A stretch of DNA of 64,000 nucleotides, taken from Monocercomonoides exilis PA203 (taxonomy: Eukaryota > Protista > Preaxostyla). The stretch lies in assembly GCA_001643675.2 (NCBI GenBank), contig LSRY02000005.1:682001-746000 (forward strand). Direction: 5' to 3'. The position numbers and the translations under genes are program-made. The first letter of the stretch is position 1, and each line of letters opens with the position of its first letter. The notes beneath the pieces were generated by a model. It made no database searches, was not told where the DNA came from, and worked only from the letters and a program-made list of their open reading frames with translations. Of this stretch, positions 1-11,951 are shown one piece after another.

Positions 1-1
1 A

Positions 2-3000
2 ATGACAGCCGATCAGGAAAGAAGGAGCGAGCACACACGTGGAATAGGCATTATTGGTGCAGCAAGTGGACTTGCTTCCATTCTGGGTGTGCAAGGACAG
101 TCACGTGTTGAGCCTCTGCTGCCATCGCTGCTGAGTGGTCTTGACTCGCCCAATAAGAACGTGAGAGAAGGGTTCATCAATCTCTTCCTGTTCCTCCCGT
201 CGACAATGAAAGACGACTTCGGAAAATTCTTACCTATTGTATTGCCAAAGATATTGCAGTGCACTGGAGATGAAGCTGAAACATGCAAAGAAATCGCATA
301 CAATGCTGTTAAGATGCTTGTGCACACATTTGCTTCATCAATTTCAATTGATCTGCCAACTGCAAATATTCCATTTGCCCAGATGACAGAGATGCTTGCT
401 GCAACTGCAGCAATGACAACCTCGTCATCATCACTTTACTCCTCATATACTTCTTATTCATTCTCTGCATTCCATCTTTTGTTGGCAACTTTCTTGTTCA
501 ATCTGTCTTCCAATGCACAATGGAGAATTCGGTTGTGCTCAGTGAAGATGATTGATCTGGTTGTTATGACTGTCGCTGGCATGTCTGGTGGACAGGCACG
601 CAACATACGAAAGCGCATGAGAGCACTTGCCGAAAAGAAGCAGAAGGAGAAAAGCAAGTCGAGTGGAAACGAAGAGGATGAAGATGACGAAGAGGAGTCA
701 GAAGCTGGATTTAAGGACGATGACGATGAGGATGATGAGGATGAAGACAACGAAGCATTGGCCGATGCTGTTGTTGGATCGTGGACTTATCAGTCGTATG
801 TCGATCATGCTCTGAACCAGTTCTTGACTGATCAGCAGAGAGCAGAGCTGTTCAGCACAATATACATCTCCCGCTTTGATACAAGCAGAGATGTGCGCCA
901 CGAGGCAGCCAGAACATGGAAGTCGCTTGTTGTGAATCCACCAAAAGTGGTCAAGCAGCTGCTTCCTTCTCTTATCCGCACTCTTTCTGCAAGCTTGTCG
1001 TCTGCATCTGGTGCAGAAGACGAGTGGAAGAAGGAGATTGCCGCCTCGTGTCTATCTGACTTGACTGAAAAAGCAGGAGACCAAACATTCCCAACAATGC
1101 TTCCTATCATATTGAACGACATCAACATTTCTTCCTCTCCAATTCCAATGGTGCGTGTGGGAGCATGCATTTCTTTGTCATCGTTGCTGTCTGCAGCTGG
1201 AAAGCCTCTTCTTCTGCAGCACTCGTCTCCAATCATCAGCTGCATCAAAATTGGGCTGTGTGATCCAGATGTTGTTGTCCGTCGTGCTGCTGCCATCACT
1301 TTTGACACGTTCTACAAAGTGATTGGAAACACAGCTATTCAGAAGATTGTGCCATCTCTTCTGCACATGATGAGCGGAAGAAACGAGAACAAACCAAAAG
1401 CAGCACCGAAAAAGAAGGAAAAAGAGACCAAAAAGGAGACAGAAGAAGAAAACTCGGAATCCGAAGAAGATGCGGACGAAGAAGTCGGAGGCTCCAGCGG
1501 AGCAATTTCAGACAAGGCGTTGTATGCACTGGAAGGAATGAGAGAGATCGTTGCATTGCGCTCATCAGCCATTCTGCCACAGATATTGCCATCTCTCCTG
1601 AAAGGGCAGATGACATTAGGATCCGTGCGTGCCTTGTCTGCTTTGGTTGAAGTGGCATCGACTGAGCTGTCTGCCAGAGTTTCTACTCTTCTTCCAATGC
1701 TGCTGGATGCCATGAACTCAAAGCCAAGCGATTTCATGCAGCCGGTGCTGACAATTGTGAAAGGTATGGCTGAAAAGGAGAGTCAGTGGGTGTTGGAAGA
1801 GATCGAGAGACAGCTGCTTGGTGGCACTCACAACAGAAAGAGATGGACAGTATGGCTTCTTGGTGCTTTGTTTGCCAAAAAGCCCAAAAAGGAAAGAAGA
1901 CAAAGAAACGAAGATGACAGCGACTCGGAAAGCGAAGAAGAGGAAGAAGAAGAGGAAGAGGAAGAGGAAGAGGAAGAGAATGTAATTGAATTCAGTCAAG
2001 AAGATCGTATTAATGCAGCTAAGATGTTGTTCAGATTGTGTGATGAAGACGATGATGTCAACAAGAAAGGCTCAAGCTCTGCTTCTGCCTCTTCTTCAGC
2101 ACAGCCATCGGTTGTGTCAGCGAACGATGCACAGTCACTTTCATTTGCTTCGATTATTCAGACATCTCTGAGTCAGGTGATTACATCGTTTACAAAGGAG
2201 GACATGATCCTGTTCGTGAAAATCGCATACCAGATTCTGAGCGATATCGACAGCCATCTTCAATCCAAAGAAGAAGAAGCTGCGACTCGTCTCAAAGAAA
2301 AAACCAGCAAAGAACTTCCCAAGTTTGGATCAATCGCAACTTCTGAATCCTCCTCTGCCTCATCTTCTGTCAAACCACCAGTTCGCACAATCGTCCTGCT
2401 GCGAACGGCCGTTGGCGTGACAACTGTCCGTTCAATATTCCTTGCAGGAATCTTCTCTATCGAACCCGATGTGTGTGTGTCATCGTGCAACGGTCTGCGC
2501 ATTCTGATTTCTCGTTCCGAGTTGGATGCGCTGCGCTCGTCCATCCCAGCTGTTGCTGGTGCGTTGATCCGTATCGCTGGAGATAAGTCAGGTGAAAGCA
2601 TGAAGGTTGGCTTGCTCGGTGCCATGCAGTGCCTGTTCAGCAAGGCTGGAAGGTTCTGCCAGTCGTTCATTCCTGCTTTGCTTGTTGCGTTGTATCGTCT
2701 GATTGTGAGCGAGCTGCCAAAAGTTCGTGTCGCTGCCTGCAACGTCTTCATGGAAGTTGTTCCGTTTGTTATCAGACCTGATTTGGTTGTCAATCATCTT
2801 CGGGATATAATTGTGAATGGCTTGATAACAGCAGGAGCGAATGTGACCTCGTCTGTGCCAGCATCATCATCAATGTCTCAATCAGGAATGGGAGGAGCAA
2901 TGGGTGCTGTCGGTGCTCCATTGCCTACAGCCGGCTCAAGCGGCCCACAAGCAACATCTCCAGCAGCAATATCTGCTGCCTTTGGAACTGGATCTACTGT

Positions 3001-4422
3001 TGCATCACGAACTCAGCCGTTGGATTTGGCATTGCGTGTGCTCACACCGTTGCTGGCAACAAATCATCAAAGAATTGCTCCTGCTGTGAAGGAGTCCCTG
3101 TTCCCTGTGCTTGTTGTAGATGCCCTGAAGAGCTGTTGTGCTTCTTCATCTGTGCTGTCTGGCTCTGAAGGATTCAGAACAATTGTATGCAACGCTGTGG
3201 CCGCATACGGAAGAACACTGAAAGGATTGGAGCTTCAGATGCTTCTGGATATTCTCCTGACCCGCTCAGTGCCATTCACCCGGGCTGCTGCTCGTGGTGC
3301 GGCTGCTCCTTCAGCCGAGCTGTTGGGCTCAGCAGACAAGTATTCGTTTGCATACAACATTCCTGTGTCCGCAAATGATGTTGCCTTTATGAACACAAAC
3401 TACTCATTTGCCCACAACGCTCAGCCACCGCTGGCAAAGCACACAAAGCTGATGGCTTTGGCTGCTTTGTTAAGAGCTGAGGCTGAAGCTGGCTTTGTTG
3501 CTCAAGAATCTCAGAATCAGCCAAAAGAGAAGGCTTCATCATCAGCAAGGCCATCTCTTGCCGGTAGATCTGCAGCAGCAACTGCAGCTGCTCCAGAGTT
3601 TTGCCTCACTCCTCAAATGCTTTGCGAAATTGGTGCATTTTTGGCGCATGCTGCATCTGATTCAAGAGTATGTTCTTGTTCTTGTCGGGATTAATTGTTA
3701 TTGTTTCTATTATTCTTCTTTCAATTTTTTGTTTTATTTTAATAAACAGGAGCAGCATCGTTTGTCTGTTTGCAACGCAATGACATATCTGTTGCTGCAT
3801 CCACATGTTGTATCACTTACATCAGAAGAGATGCAAAACAGCATTGTGCCAATCGATGGAAAGACTTCCGTCAATCCTTTGGCTGTGCTTCTTCAGATGC
3901 TGTCACAACGTCTGAACGTTTTCCTTGAAGACCCGCTGGTCGATACAAGAGTTAAAGCTGCTGAGTGCATGATGCATTTGGCAATTGGATTGAAAAACGT
4001 TTGCGAAAGAAGAATTTTTGAAAGTTGATTCGAAAAATTTTGTTCAATATGTATTGAATATTTTTTTAGAAACCATTGCAATTAACTTCTTGCTTCATTC
4101 AGCCACTTGTTCAGGCAGCAAAGAAGAGCACGTCTGCAACTCGAGTAGCAGTTTGTTTTAATTCTTGCTTTCAAATATATTTCATCAATTATTTGTCTTA
4201 TATTCTTTCTTCTATTTTTTTTTTTTAATTTTTCAAATAACTGTGTAATAATTCGTTTAGGCTGAAGAATCATTGAGTGTTATCTTCAGATGCCTTCCTG
4301 ACGGAGTTGATTCAACTGCTGAGCGTTTTGATGCCATTGTCGCTTCATTGAAGGAAATGGATTCCTCAGATGAGACGATAGCCTACATAAACCAGCAGCG
4401 AAAGATGCTATTAAAGAATTAG
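2..4422 (+). CDS. GCN1: GCN1-like HEAT-repeat translational activator, C-terminal part (5' end outside window). Exons <2-3667, 3750-3998, 4070-4150, 4261-4422
   Basis: HEAT-repeat motifs typical of the GCN1 C-terminal region (YISRFDTSRDVRHEAARTWKSLVVNPPKVVKQLLP; AITFDTFYKVIGNTAIQKIVPSLL; VAGALIRIAGD). GT-AG introns at 3668-3749, 3999-4069 and 4151-4260 keep the frame open to TAG at 4420-4422 (ATRVAAEESLSVIF...). Confidence 0.85.
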
Positions 4423-4836
4423 AACGAAAGTTCTACTCAAACCTTCAGTTTTCAAAGTAATAGCATTTGATAGTTATCAACAACTGTGTTTAGATCTTTT
4501 TTATCCGATCAACTGTTTTTTTACTATTCATCATTTAGTGCCCCATTTAATTTATTCTTGAGGTGATATTTTTATTGTGGCATTATTCTTTTTAATTGAA
4601 ATGTTGCAAAAAAAATTATCTCGGGCAAATTAGAGTGTTTTGTGAGATGAATCGGTTACTAAATTGAACAATCAGGAAGAGAAGGGGGAAAAAGCAAATA
4701 TAAACCTTTCAAAAAATAAAACATGTGATACAAAATATATATGACTTTATTGAAATGAAAGAGGAATTGTAAGAGCAGACAATAAATAATAAATGGTTAT
4801 AAGTGAGTTCATTGATGTGAAATGTATTTTTTTCTA

Positions 4837-6961
4837 TCAAATGTTGTCAAAAAGTTCTTCATAATCCTGTTCTTCTTCTGCAATTGGATCTGTTCTCAAA
4901 GATTTGTATTGTTCGTTTTCGGCTTTCATCTCCGTCTTTGGTGTGCCTAATCTCTTGTTCTCTCTTTCTCTCTCCGCTTTTTCTCTTTTCATGTCTTCAA
5001 ACACCAATCTGTCCAACGTGCTGTTGTCATCGAGTGAGCTGTCCATTCGCATAACGCCTCTTTCACTTCTCCTGTCGCTTCTGTCCCTCTGAGTTCTATT
5101 TCCTCTTGTTCGTTGGCCTTCAGATTGAATTCCTTTCCTCCTGTCATCATCCACATTTGTGTCCTCTCTCCACCTCACTCTGCCTATTCCTGCCCTCGCA
5201 TTTTGTGTTGCAGACGAAAAAGTGGAGTCAAAGAGGTGCAAAAGCAGCAGCACTTCTGGTGAAAGTGAAGGCGAATCAACAGAAAAAGAAAAAGGAGATC
5301 TGCCAACAGTTGTGGCAGATAGCACAGCTGTTGTAGAAGGCGCAGTCGAAGATGGAACCGTCGCTGCAGACAGAACAGATCGAGATGACGCGGACGGTCC
5401 CACAGAAAGTGTTGTTGAGCCAGATAACATGGAGGATGTTGAAGATGGAACGCCAGCAGCAATGCTTGATGCAAACGAATGCCCAGAAATTAATGAGGCA
5501 GTTGCAGATGCAAGACGCATCTTCTCATTCGTCGACTGCCGCTCTTTCTTCAATTCAGCCTCTTTTTTCTTTCTTTCTCGCTCTGCCTCTCTTTGTTTCT
5601 TCCTTTCAAGCCTTTCATCTGCTGTGTATCCATCTTCTTCGTCCATCTCTTCCATCATCAACTCTTCCTCTTCTTCTTCCATCTCTTCCTGCACATCTTC
5701 GATGCAATCCACCATGATCTGCTGCAGATTCTTCCGCTCCGCCTCTTCTGCAACACTTGCCCGTATACTCTTTGCTTTTTCCTCTTTGCGCTCAGCCAGC
5801 TCGTTTCTGAGTGACACCATTCTTCTTCGAAGTGAAGTGGGAGAAGATGGAAGAGGAAGCTGCGATGGACGAACCTGCTTTGTGTCGACACGATTCGTCG
5901 ATAGAAGCATGCGGGCTGTTGTTGCTGCTGAAGACGTAGCAGATGCTGTGTGCAGAGTGCGTAATGAAAGAGAAGATGGAGAAGATCCAGCTGATAATGA
6001 CGGCATTCCCATCCCAAGAGCTCTCTTCACTTCCTCCAAAGCCGTCGGCCGCCTGCGTGTTTTCATTGCTTCGGCAGCTCTCATTAATTCTTCCTCTGAT
6101 TCAACCACTGCAGATCCTGTTGTTTTAGTTCCCTTAAAAGCAAGTGACTTTGTTTTCTCTGAAGATCTGAAATTCCGCGTGGATTCTTTGCTTGTTTTAG
6201 CTCTGCTTTTCATTTCTGATAGTTTTTCCTTTCCTATTTTTTGTAAAGTCAATAATTCTTCTTTCAATCTCCGGTTTTCTTCGAGGAGCTGTGTAAATTC
6301 AATTCATAGATATGTTTAAAAAAAGTGTGCCAAAAAAAATATGCAAAAAAATTGAAAGTTGTCAGACTTTTTCTTGTTGAACTTGTAATTCTGTGTTCTC
6401 TTCGTTGAATTCGGTATATTCAAATGCTTTCCTTTTCAATTCAATTGAAAGTGATTCATTAAGCCTGTGGACCCTTTCCAGTTCCATTTGGAGCAAAGAA
6501 ACAGTTTGACTACTTTCACGAAATCTTTTGATCCAATAAGAAGCATCGGCATCAATTTCATCTTGATGATCGGGCTGTTTTTCAATAGCTTCTTCGTGGA
6601 GTCGATCTTTAAATGATCGCATTAACATTCTTTTGTGCTCCTGCGCTTCTTTGTTAAATGTAGCTTGCAATTCGACGAGTTGTTCTTGAATTTTCTTATT
6701 GATAGATTTTAATTCCGAAAGCGAATCTTCGACTTTCTCTTCAGTTTCACGGGGCACAAATGAAACTTCAGGATAATCATCGTATCCTTCAATTTCGCAT
6801 TGACTTGGGCTAACCCACTTAAAATTTGAAAAAGAATTCATCGTTCTATCATTTTTTTGTGTCAATTCCTGGTTAATGTTGAATCCATCTGGTTTTTTCC
6901 TTGAGTTTGTTGTCAGTAAATATGATGGCGATTGATTAATTTGGGGATTCAATAAATTCAT
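4837..6961 (-). CDS. Hypothetical coiled-coil protein, ~681 aa. Exons 6961-6368, 6288-4837
   Basis: Two adjacent minus-strand ORFs joined in frame by a GTCTGA...ACAG intron (6367-6289), giving QQEK|LLEENRRLKEELL. E/K/L-rich heptad-like segments plus Ser-rich linkers. No family recognised. Confidence 0.65.
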
Positions 6962-7860
6962 AAGTTAATGATAGGTTTATTGCTTATTCCTTTAAAAAAA
7001 AACGTTTGTTTGGCTACAATGCACGAAAATATATATATATAATAATCTCTAAATCTAATTGAGGTAAAATATAAATTTATTTTAATTTTATTAAAATTAT
7101 TTTTTTTTAAATTTTATAAGTTCAAACATTAGATTTATTTGAATTTTTTTAATTATGGACATTTTTTTAAACAAAACTTCAATTTTTTTAAAATATTTTA
7201 AATTCAAAATGATAAATATTTGTTGAAATTCCTTCAATATTTTCGCGAATAAAAAAACTATTTATATTTGTATGAGTTATTAGATAATTTTGAATATTAA
7301 ATAATTTTCACGTTTTTTTTTTCCAATATTTCTCTTTTTTCTTCTTCAAAAGAAAAAAGAAAAAAGAAAGATAATTAATATGTGATTGCATTAGAATTAT
7401 TCATATAGGCCTTTGTGACTAGGATAGTTTCTGCAATTGGTGAAGGTCAAAAAACTCAGTTTGAACAAAGTGTCTTTTTTTTGTTTTTAATTATTTATTT
7501 TATTTAGTTTTTATTTTTTATTTTTGAATCGATTGTTTTTTGTTGTTAAGAATTTCAATAACATGTTTGATAATTTTCTGTTTCGGCATGAATAATAGTT
7601 ATGTTTAAAACTTTGAAACAAATTTGATTTTTGGAAATTCGAAAATAATTAAATATTTCTGATGGCAAAATTTGGATAATTTTTTTAATCCACACAATTC
7701 TTTTTGAAAAGTTGCAAATGTTTAATTTTCAAATTATATTTTTAAGTCCTGCTATGATAAAGTTATTGTTCATTCAACGAAACTTCACTAAAATCGAGAT
7801 AATAACATTATCAAACAATCACATTTATTCTTGTGAATTATACTGAGCTTGAATGAAAGT

Positions 7861-8195
7861 ATGATAAAAACGTAAAAATTTTCATTTTCATAAGAAACTT
7901 ATTCAAAAGGAACTGAGGGAAAATACGGACTTTCAAGCTTTTTATGCACAAAGCTGGAAAATATATTTTCACTCATAACTTTGTTTCGCTTTCTCGGATT
8001 TCAAAATAAATTTGATTCTCGTATCCGTAAACATGCATCGTTGATATTGAAACATTAAGTTCTCCAACATTTTACGAATATTAAATAATGGACCCATTTT
8101 TATTGTGTTTTTTGATCTCAAAAAGTCAATAAAAAATGCATAATTTTTCAATGAAAATGCCTGAAGTGAAATATTTCTCCCCAACTTTTCATGAA
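7861..8195 (+). repeat. Dispersed repeat family C, copy 1 (~330 bp)
   Basis: Aligns by eye over its length with the reverse complement of 59246-59581 (shared blocks include ttttgatctcaaaaa, atttttcaatgaaaatgcctgaagt, tttcgctttctc). No clear TIR; probably a TE fragment. Confidence 0.8.
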
Positions 8196-8203
8196 AATAT
8201 AGA

Positions 8204-8829
8204 CAAATGGGTGATAATTATTGATTTAATATTTATTTATTTAAAATATTCAGTTCATATATTTCCTTTTAATGTTAATAAAAGAGCACTTAAAAGTGAA
8301 AATACAGTTTGTGCAAAATATACCGGATAAGATCGATATCTCAATAGCAACATGAAGAAAAATTCTGACAATTTTCCTCAAAATATATCTCATCAATTCA
8401 AACTTAATTAATTAAAGAGACTTTCAAAGCAGCTTCATTTGTGCTCAGAAAGAATTATTATTGAAATTACGGAGAAATAGGATTTTGAGTCTGTCCGAAT
8501 TTTCAATAATAATTTTCACTGAGAACAAATAAAGCTATTCAAAAAGTCTTGTTCCCCACGTGAGTTTGCATTGAAGAGATATATTTTGAGGAAAATTTTC
8601 AGAATTTTTCTTCATGTTGCTATTGAGATATCGATCTTATCCGGTATATTTTGCACAAACTGTACTATATAAGGATATCTTAATCATAATTTCTGCTAAA
8701 ACATATGCTTTTGAAATGATTTTGATGAAATTTATCATTTTAATACAAAATCTTTATTCAAAGATAAACAACCTTTGAAAAATTAACCCACCGAAAATAG
8801 TTATGATTTCAAAAATAATCACCAAAATC
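8204..8829 (+). mobile_element. Putative MITE family D, copy 1 (~265 bp once the nested family-A element is removed)
   Basis: Sequence on both sides of the 8305-8662 insertion aligns with 21061-21323 (minus) and 60334-60604 (plus). Ends GGTGAT...ATCACC form short inverted repeats. Confidence 0.65.
8305..8662. mobile_element. Foldback MITE family A, copy 1 (358 bp), Tc1/mariner-superfamily type
   Basis: 64-bp perfect TIR starting CAGTTTGTGCAAAATATACCGGATAAG; imperfect palindromy continues almost to the centre; flanked by TA (8303-8304, 8663-8664); no ORF. Confidence 0.92.
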
Positions 8830-9495
8830 AATACCAACAAGAATAAAAACATTTCATACAACATTTTTGTTGAAAAAGAAAGAAAGAAAATTTATTTTCT
8901 TTTTTGCGATAAGAAAAAAAATATTTATTGAAACGAAGTGATTAAGAACAAAAAATAAAAAATATAAATAAAAATGAAAATAAAACAAAAAGACAATAAA
9001 AGTTAAGTTAACGAACAATGAAAAAAACTCAAAACAATCATAACACATAACTTATACTTCCATGAACAAGTCTTCAGTCATGAAAAAATAAACGAAAATA
9101 ATCAACATCAATTTGAAGAAACAAAAAATTTGAAAAAACACATTTTCCTGATTTGTGAATAGTAATATTTTGCAGATTTTCTAAATTCATATTATTTACA
9201 AAAGTATTCTTGGGGATCGGAACATTTATATTCCGAAAAAAAAAGTGGTTTTCAAAATATCTTGTTACACAAACAAAGCAAAAAATATCAAAAATATTCA
9301 AAAGTTCATAATTTGCATTATTTTGAATATAAATAATTCATTAATAAATTTTCATTGAAAGACAAATGTTAAAATCAATTTTTGAAACTTTTAAAAATCT
9401 AAAATTTTCAATGTATCCCAAAAGCAATGTTTTCATGAAAGTATGTTATACGATCCTTATTTAAGATTGGAGAAAAAATTCATTTTATCTTCGGA

Positions 9496-10598
9496 ATGGC
9501 TTCTCAAGGATCTGGTGTCGTTTCACGAGGCTCATATAAAAATCATGGTGATTGGGTTACTTCAATTGCAGCAGCCGGAGATCACATCGTTTCAGGATCT
9601 CGGGGTTTGTTTATATTGTTCTTCTCTTTTGCCAATCAGCCGAAAATGCTTATTCATTATGCAATATCATTTACATTTCGTTTCATATCACATCTAACTT
9701 TCGCGTATTTATTTCATTTTTATTTGAAGACAAAACTTTGTGCATGTGGAAAATTAATGAAACTCATCCAGAGTCATACATAACACCAAAAAGCGTTTTG
9801 ACAGGACACAATCACTTCGTCCAAGATATTTGCCTGTCATCTGATGGACAATACGCCCTTTCAGCTTCATGGGATAAGACATTGCGCTTGTGGGATCTTT
9901 CAGCAAAAAAAACAATTGCCCGTTTCAATGGTCACACAGACGATGTTCTTTCAGTTGCTCTTTCTCGTGGAAACCGCCAAATCATTTCAGCTGGGCGCGA
10001 TAAAACCATCAAATTGTGGAACATTCATGGCGAATTGAAATACTCCACAGCTGAGTTGCCAGAATGGATTACCTGCGTGAGATTTGGAATGGCCGATGAC
10101 CTCAACCCAATTGTTTCAGCAGGATATGACAGAATGATTCGCGTGTGGGACAGAACAACATTTGCTCAGAAATATGCATTGACAGGCCACACAGGATACA
10201 TCAACTCTATTGCCATTTCACCAGATAGCGCTTTCGTTGCATCAGGTGGAAAAGATCAGGTTGTGAATCTTTATGACCTTAACACAGGATCACATTTGTA
10301 CACATTGCAAGCTGGTGATGTGATCAACTCTATCACTTTCTCTCCAAGCAAATTGTGGATTGCTGTTGGAACTGATTCCGCTCTCAAGATTTTCTGCCTC
10401 AAGAAGAAACAATGCATCATTGACTTAAAGCTTCAGGCTGCTGATCGCGAAGTTGCTGTTGATGCTGAAGCTGAAACGAAAGAACCAAAAGTACCAAAAT
10501 GCTTGTCAACTTCATTCTCAATCGACGGAATGAATTTGTTTGCTGGCTATTCTGATGGCTTCATCAGATCTTGGAACATTCCAGCCACCACACAATAA
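9496..10598 (+). CDS. RACK1: RACK1 / Asc1 WD40 40S ribosomal protein, 325 aa. Exons 9496-9604, 9730-10598
   Basis: Diagnostic motifs HGDWVTSIA, SRDKTL (across the intron), GHNHFVQDICLSSDGQYALSASWDKTLRLWDL, GHTDDVLSVA, LFAGYSDGFIRSW. Intron 9605-9729 (GTTTGT...AAG). Confidence 0.95.
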
Positions 10599-10892
10599 AT
10601 ATCTTCTTACTTATTTTCACCAGATTCACTTCTGCTTGCCATTAAATAATGTACCGAAGTAATTTCAACAATGAAAAAATTAATTATTTTATTATTTTTT
10701 TGTAATTTTGCACGGAAGGAAGATTGTCTCTCTTTTTATAAAACATATAAAAATTATTAATAAATAGAGCGTTTTGAATGATAAAAATATTTTGAATAGA
10801 ACGAATTGTGAATCATTTTATTTAAGAGAATGGGGTTACGATCGTTGATCAGATCAGCTATCAATTGTTTGATAGAGAATCCTGAACAAAAT

Positions 10893-11572
10893 ATGATTTT
10901 GTCGGTAATAGTTGTTAATAACAGAGGAATACCACGACTTACACGTTTTTATGAAGATATGGTATGAATTGCAAATGATTATTGCCTCTTTAAAACTTGT
11001 CATCATTATAAAATGAATTTTTAGACTTTCGAGAGGAAAAAGCATTTAACAAAAGAAATTTACAATTTGATATCTAAAGTTTGAACACTTAATTATGAAA
11101 AATTAAAAGTTAGTTGAATATTTTGAATATTTATTTTGACAAAACAGCGTCCAGCCTCGGCGTGTAACTTTCTTGAAAACACAGGAATTTGGGGGGATAG
11201 CAAATCAATAAAAATTATTTATCGCTTATATGCCACTCTTTGCTTTGTAATTGTGTGTGACGCGGCGGAAAATGAATTAGCAATCCTGGATTTGATTCAA
11301 AACTACGTCGAGTGTTTAGATAACGCATTTCACAACGTCTGCGAACTTCACCTCATTTTCAATCATGAAAAAGTATGCATATTTTTTAAATCATTTTTTT
11401 TGTACTTAGAAATTACATTTTTCATTCAATATTTAAATGTTAATCTTATTGCATAAAGTGTTATGCAATTCTTGACGAGATAATTTGCGCAGGGCTAATT
11501 TTAGAAACTAAATCTTCTGATGTCCTTCCTTCTGTTGATGCAATGGATAAATTAGATAAAGCTTCAAGATAA
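10893..11572 (+). CDS. AP3S: Adaptor complex small (sigma) subunit, most like AP-3 sigma, 153 aa. Exons 10893-10961, 11025-11078, 11148-11372, 11459-11572
   Basis: Spliced translation MILSVIVVNNRGIPRLTRFYEDM..ISKRPASACNFLE..KIIYRLYATLCF..ENELAILDLIQNYVECLDNAFHNVCELHLIF..CYAILDEIICAGLILET matches the sigma-3 pattern (YATLxF, ILDLIQxxVExLD). An upstream in-frame ATG exists at 10830. Confidence 0.88.
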
Positions 11573-11951
11573 AAACCGAATGTTTGCCTTTTTTTTACTT
11601 TATTTTAAATAATTATAATATTTATTTATCATTTTATTATAGCTATCACTTGTGATAAGCTCTTGCTTTTTTAATCTCTTCGCAATCATTGTCAAATTGC
11701 AGAATTTTTTATTCTTTTCTTCTCTTTCGTTCTTCTCTTCTATATGTTATCGTCCCTCTGCTTAATCATTTCATAAATTATGAGTGGTGTATTTGAAGGG
11801 CATATAATTCCATTATTTGTCCATTTTTTCTTCATCTATTAGTTTTGGGATTATAACCTTTATTCACTTTTGTTATCTTTAAAAATTTTTGCTGTTGGAG
11901 TCAAAGAATCAATAAAAAGGGTAATTTTTTCGTTATATAAATTGTCGCATC

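Noticed and set aside
7400-7470. Exon-like fragment (AFVTRIVSAIGEGQKTQFEQ)
   Set aside because: Too short, with no partner exons or recognisable homology.
9605-9729. Intronic snoRNA in RACK1 (and in RPS8 introns), as in other eukaryotes
   Set aside because: No C/D box pair with terminal stem or H/ACA structure is visible.
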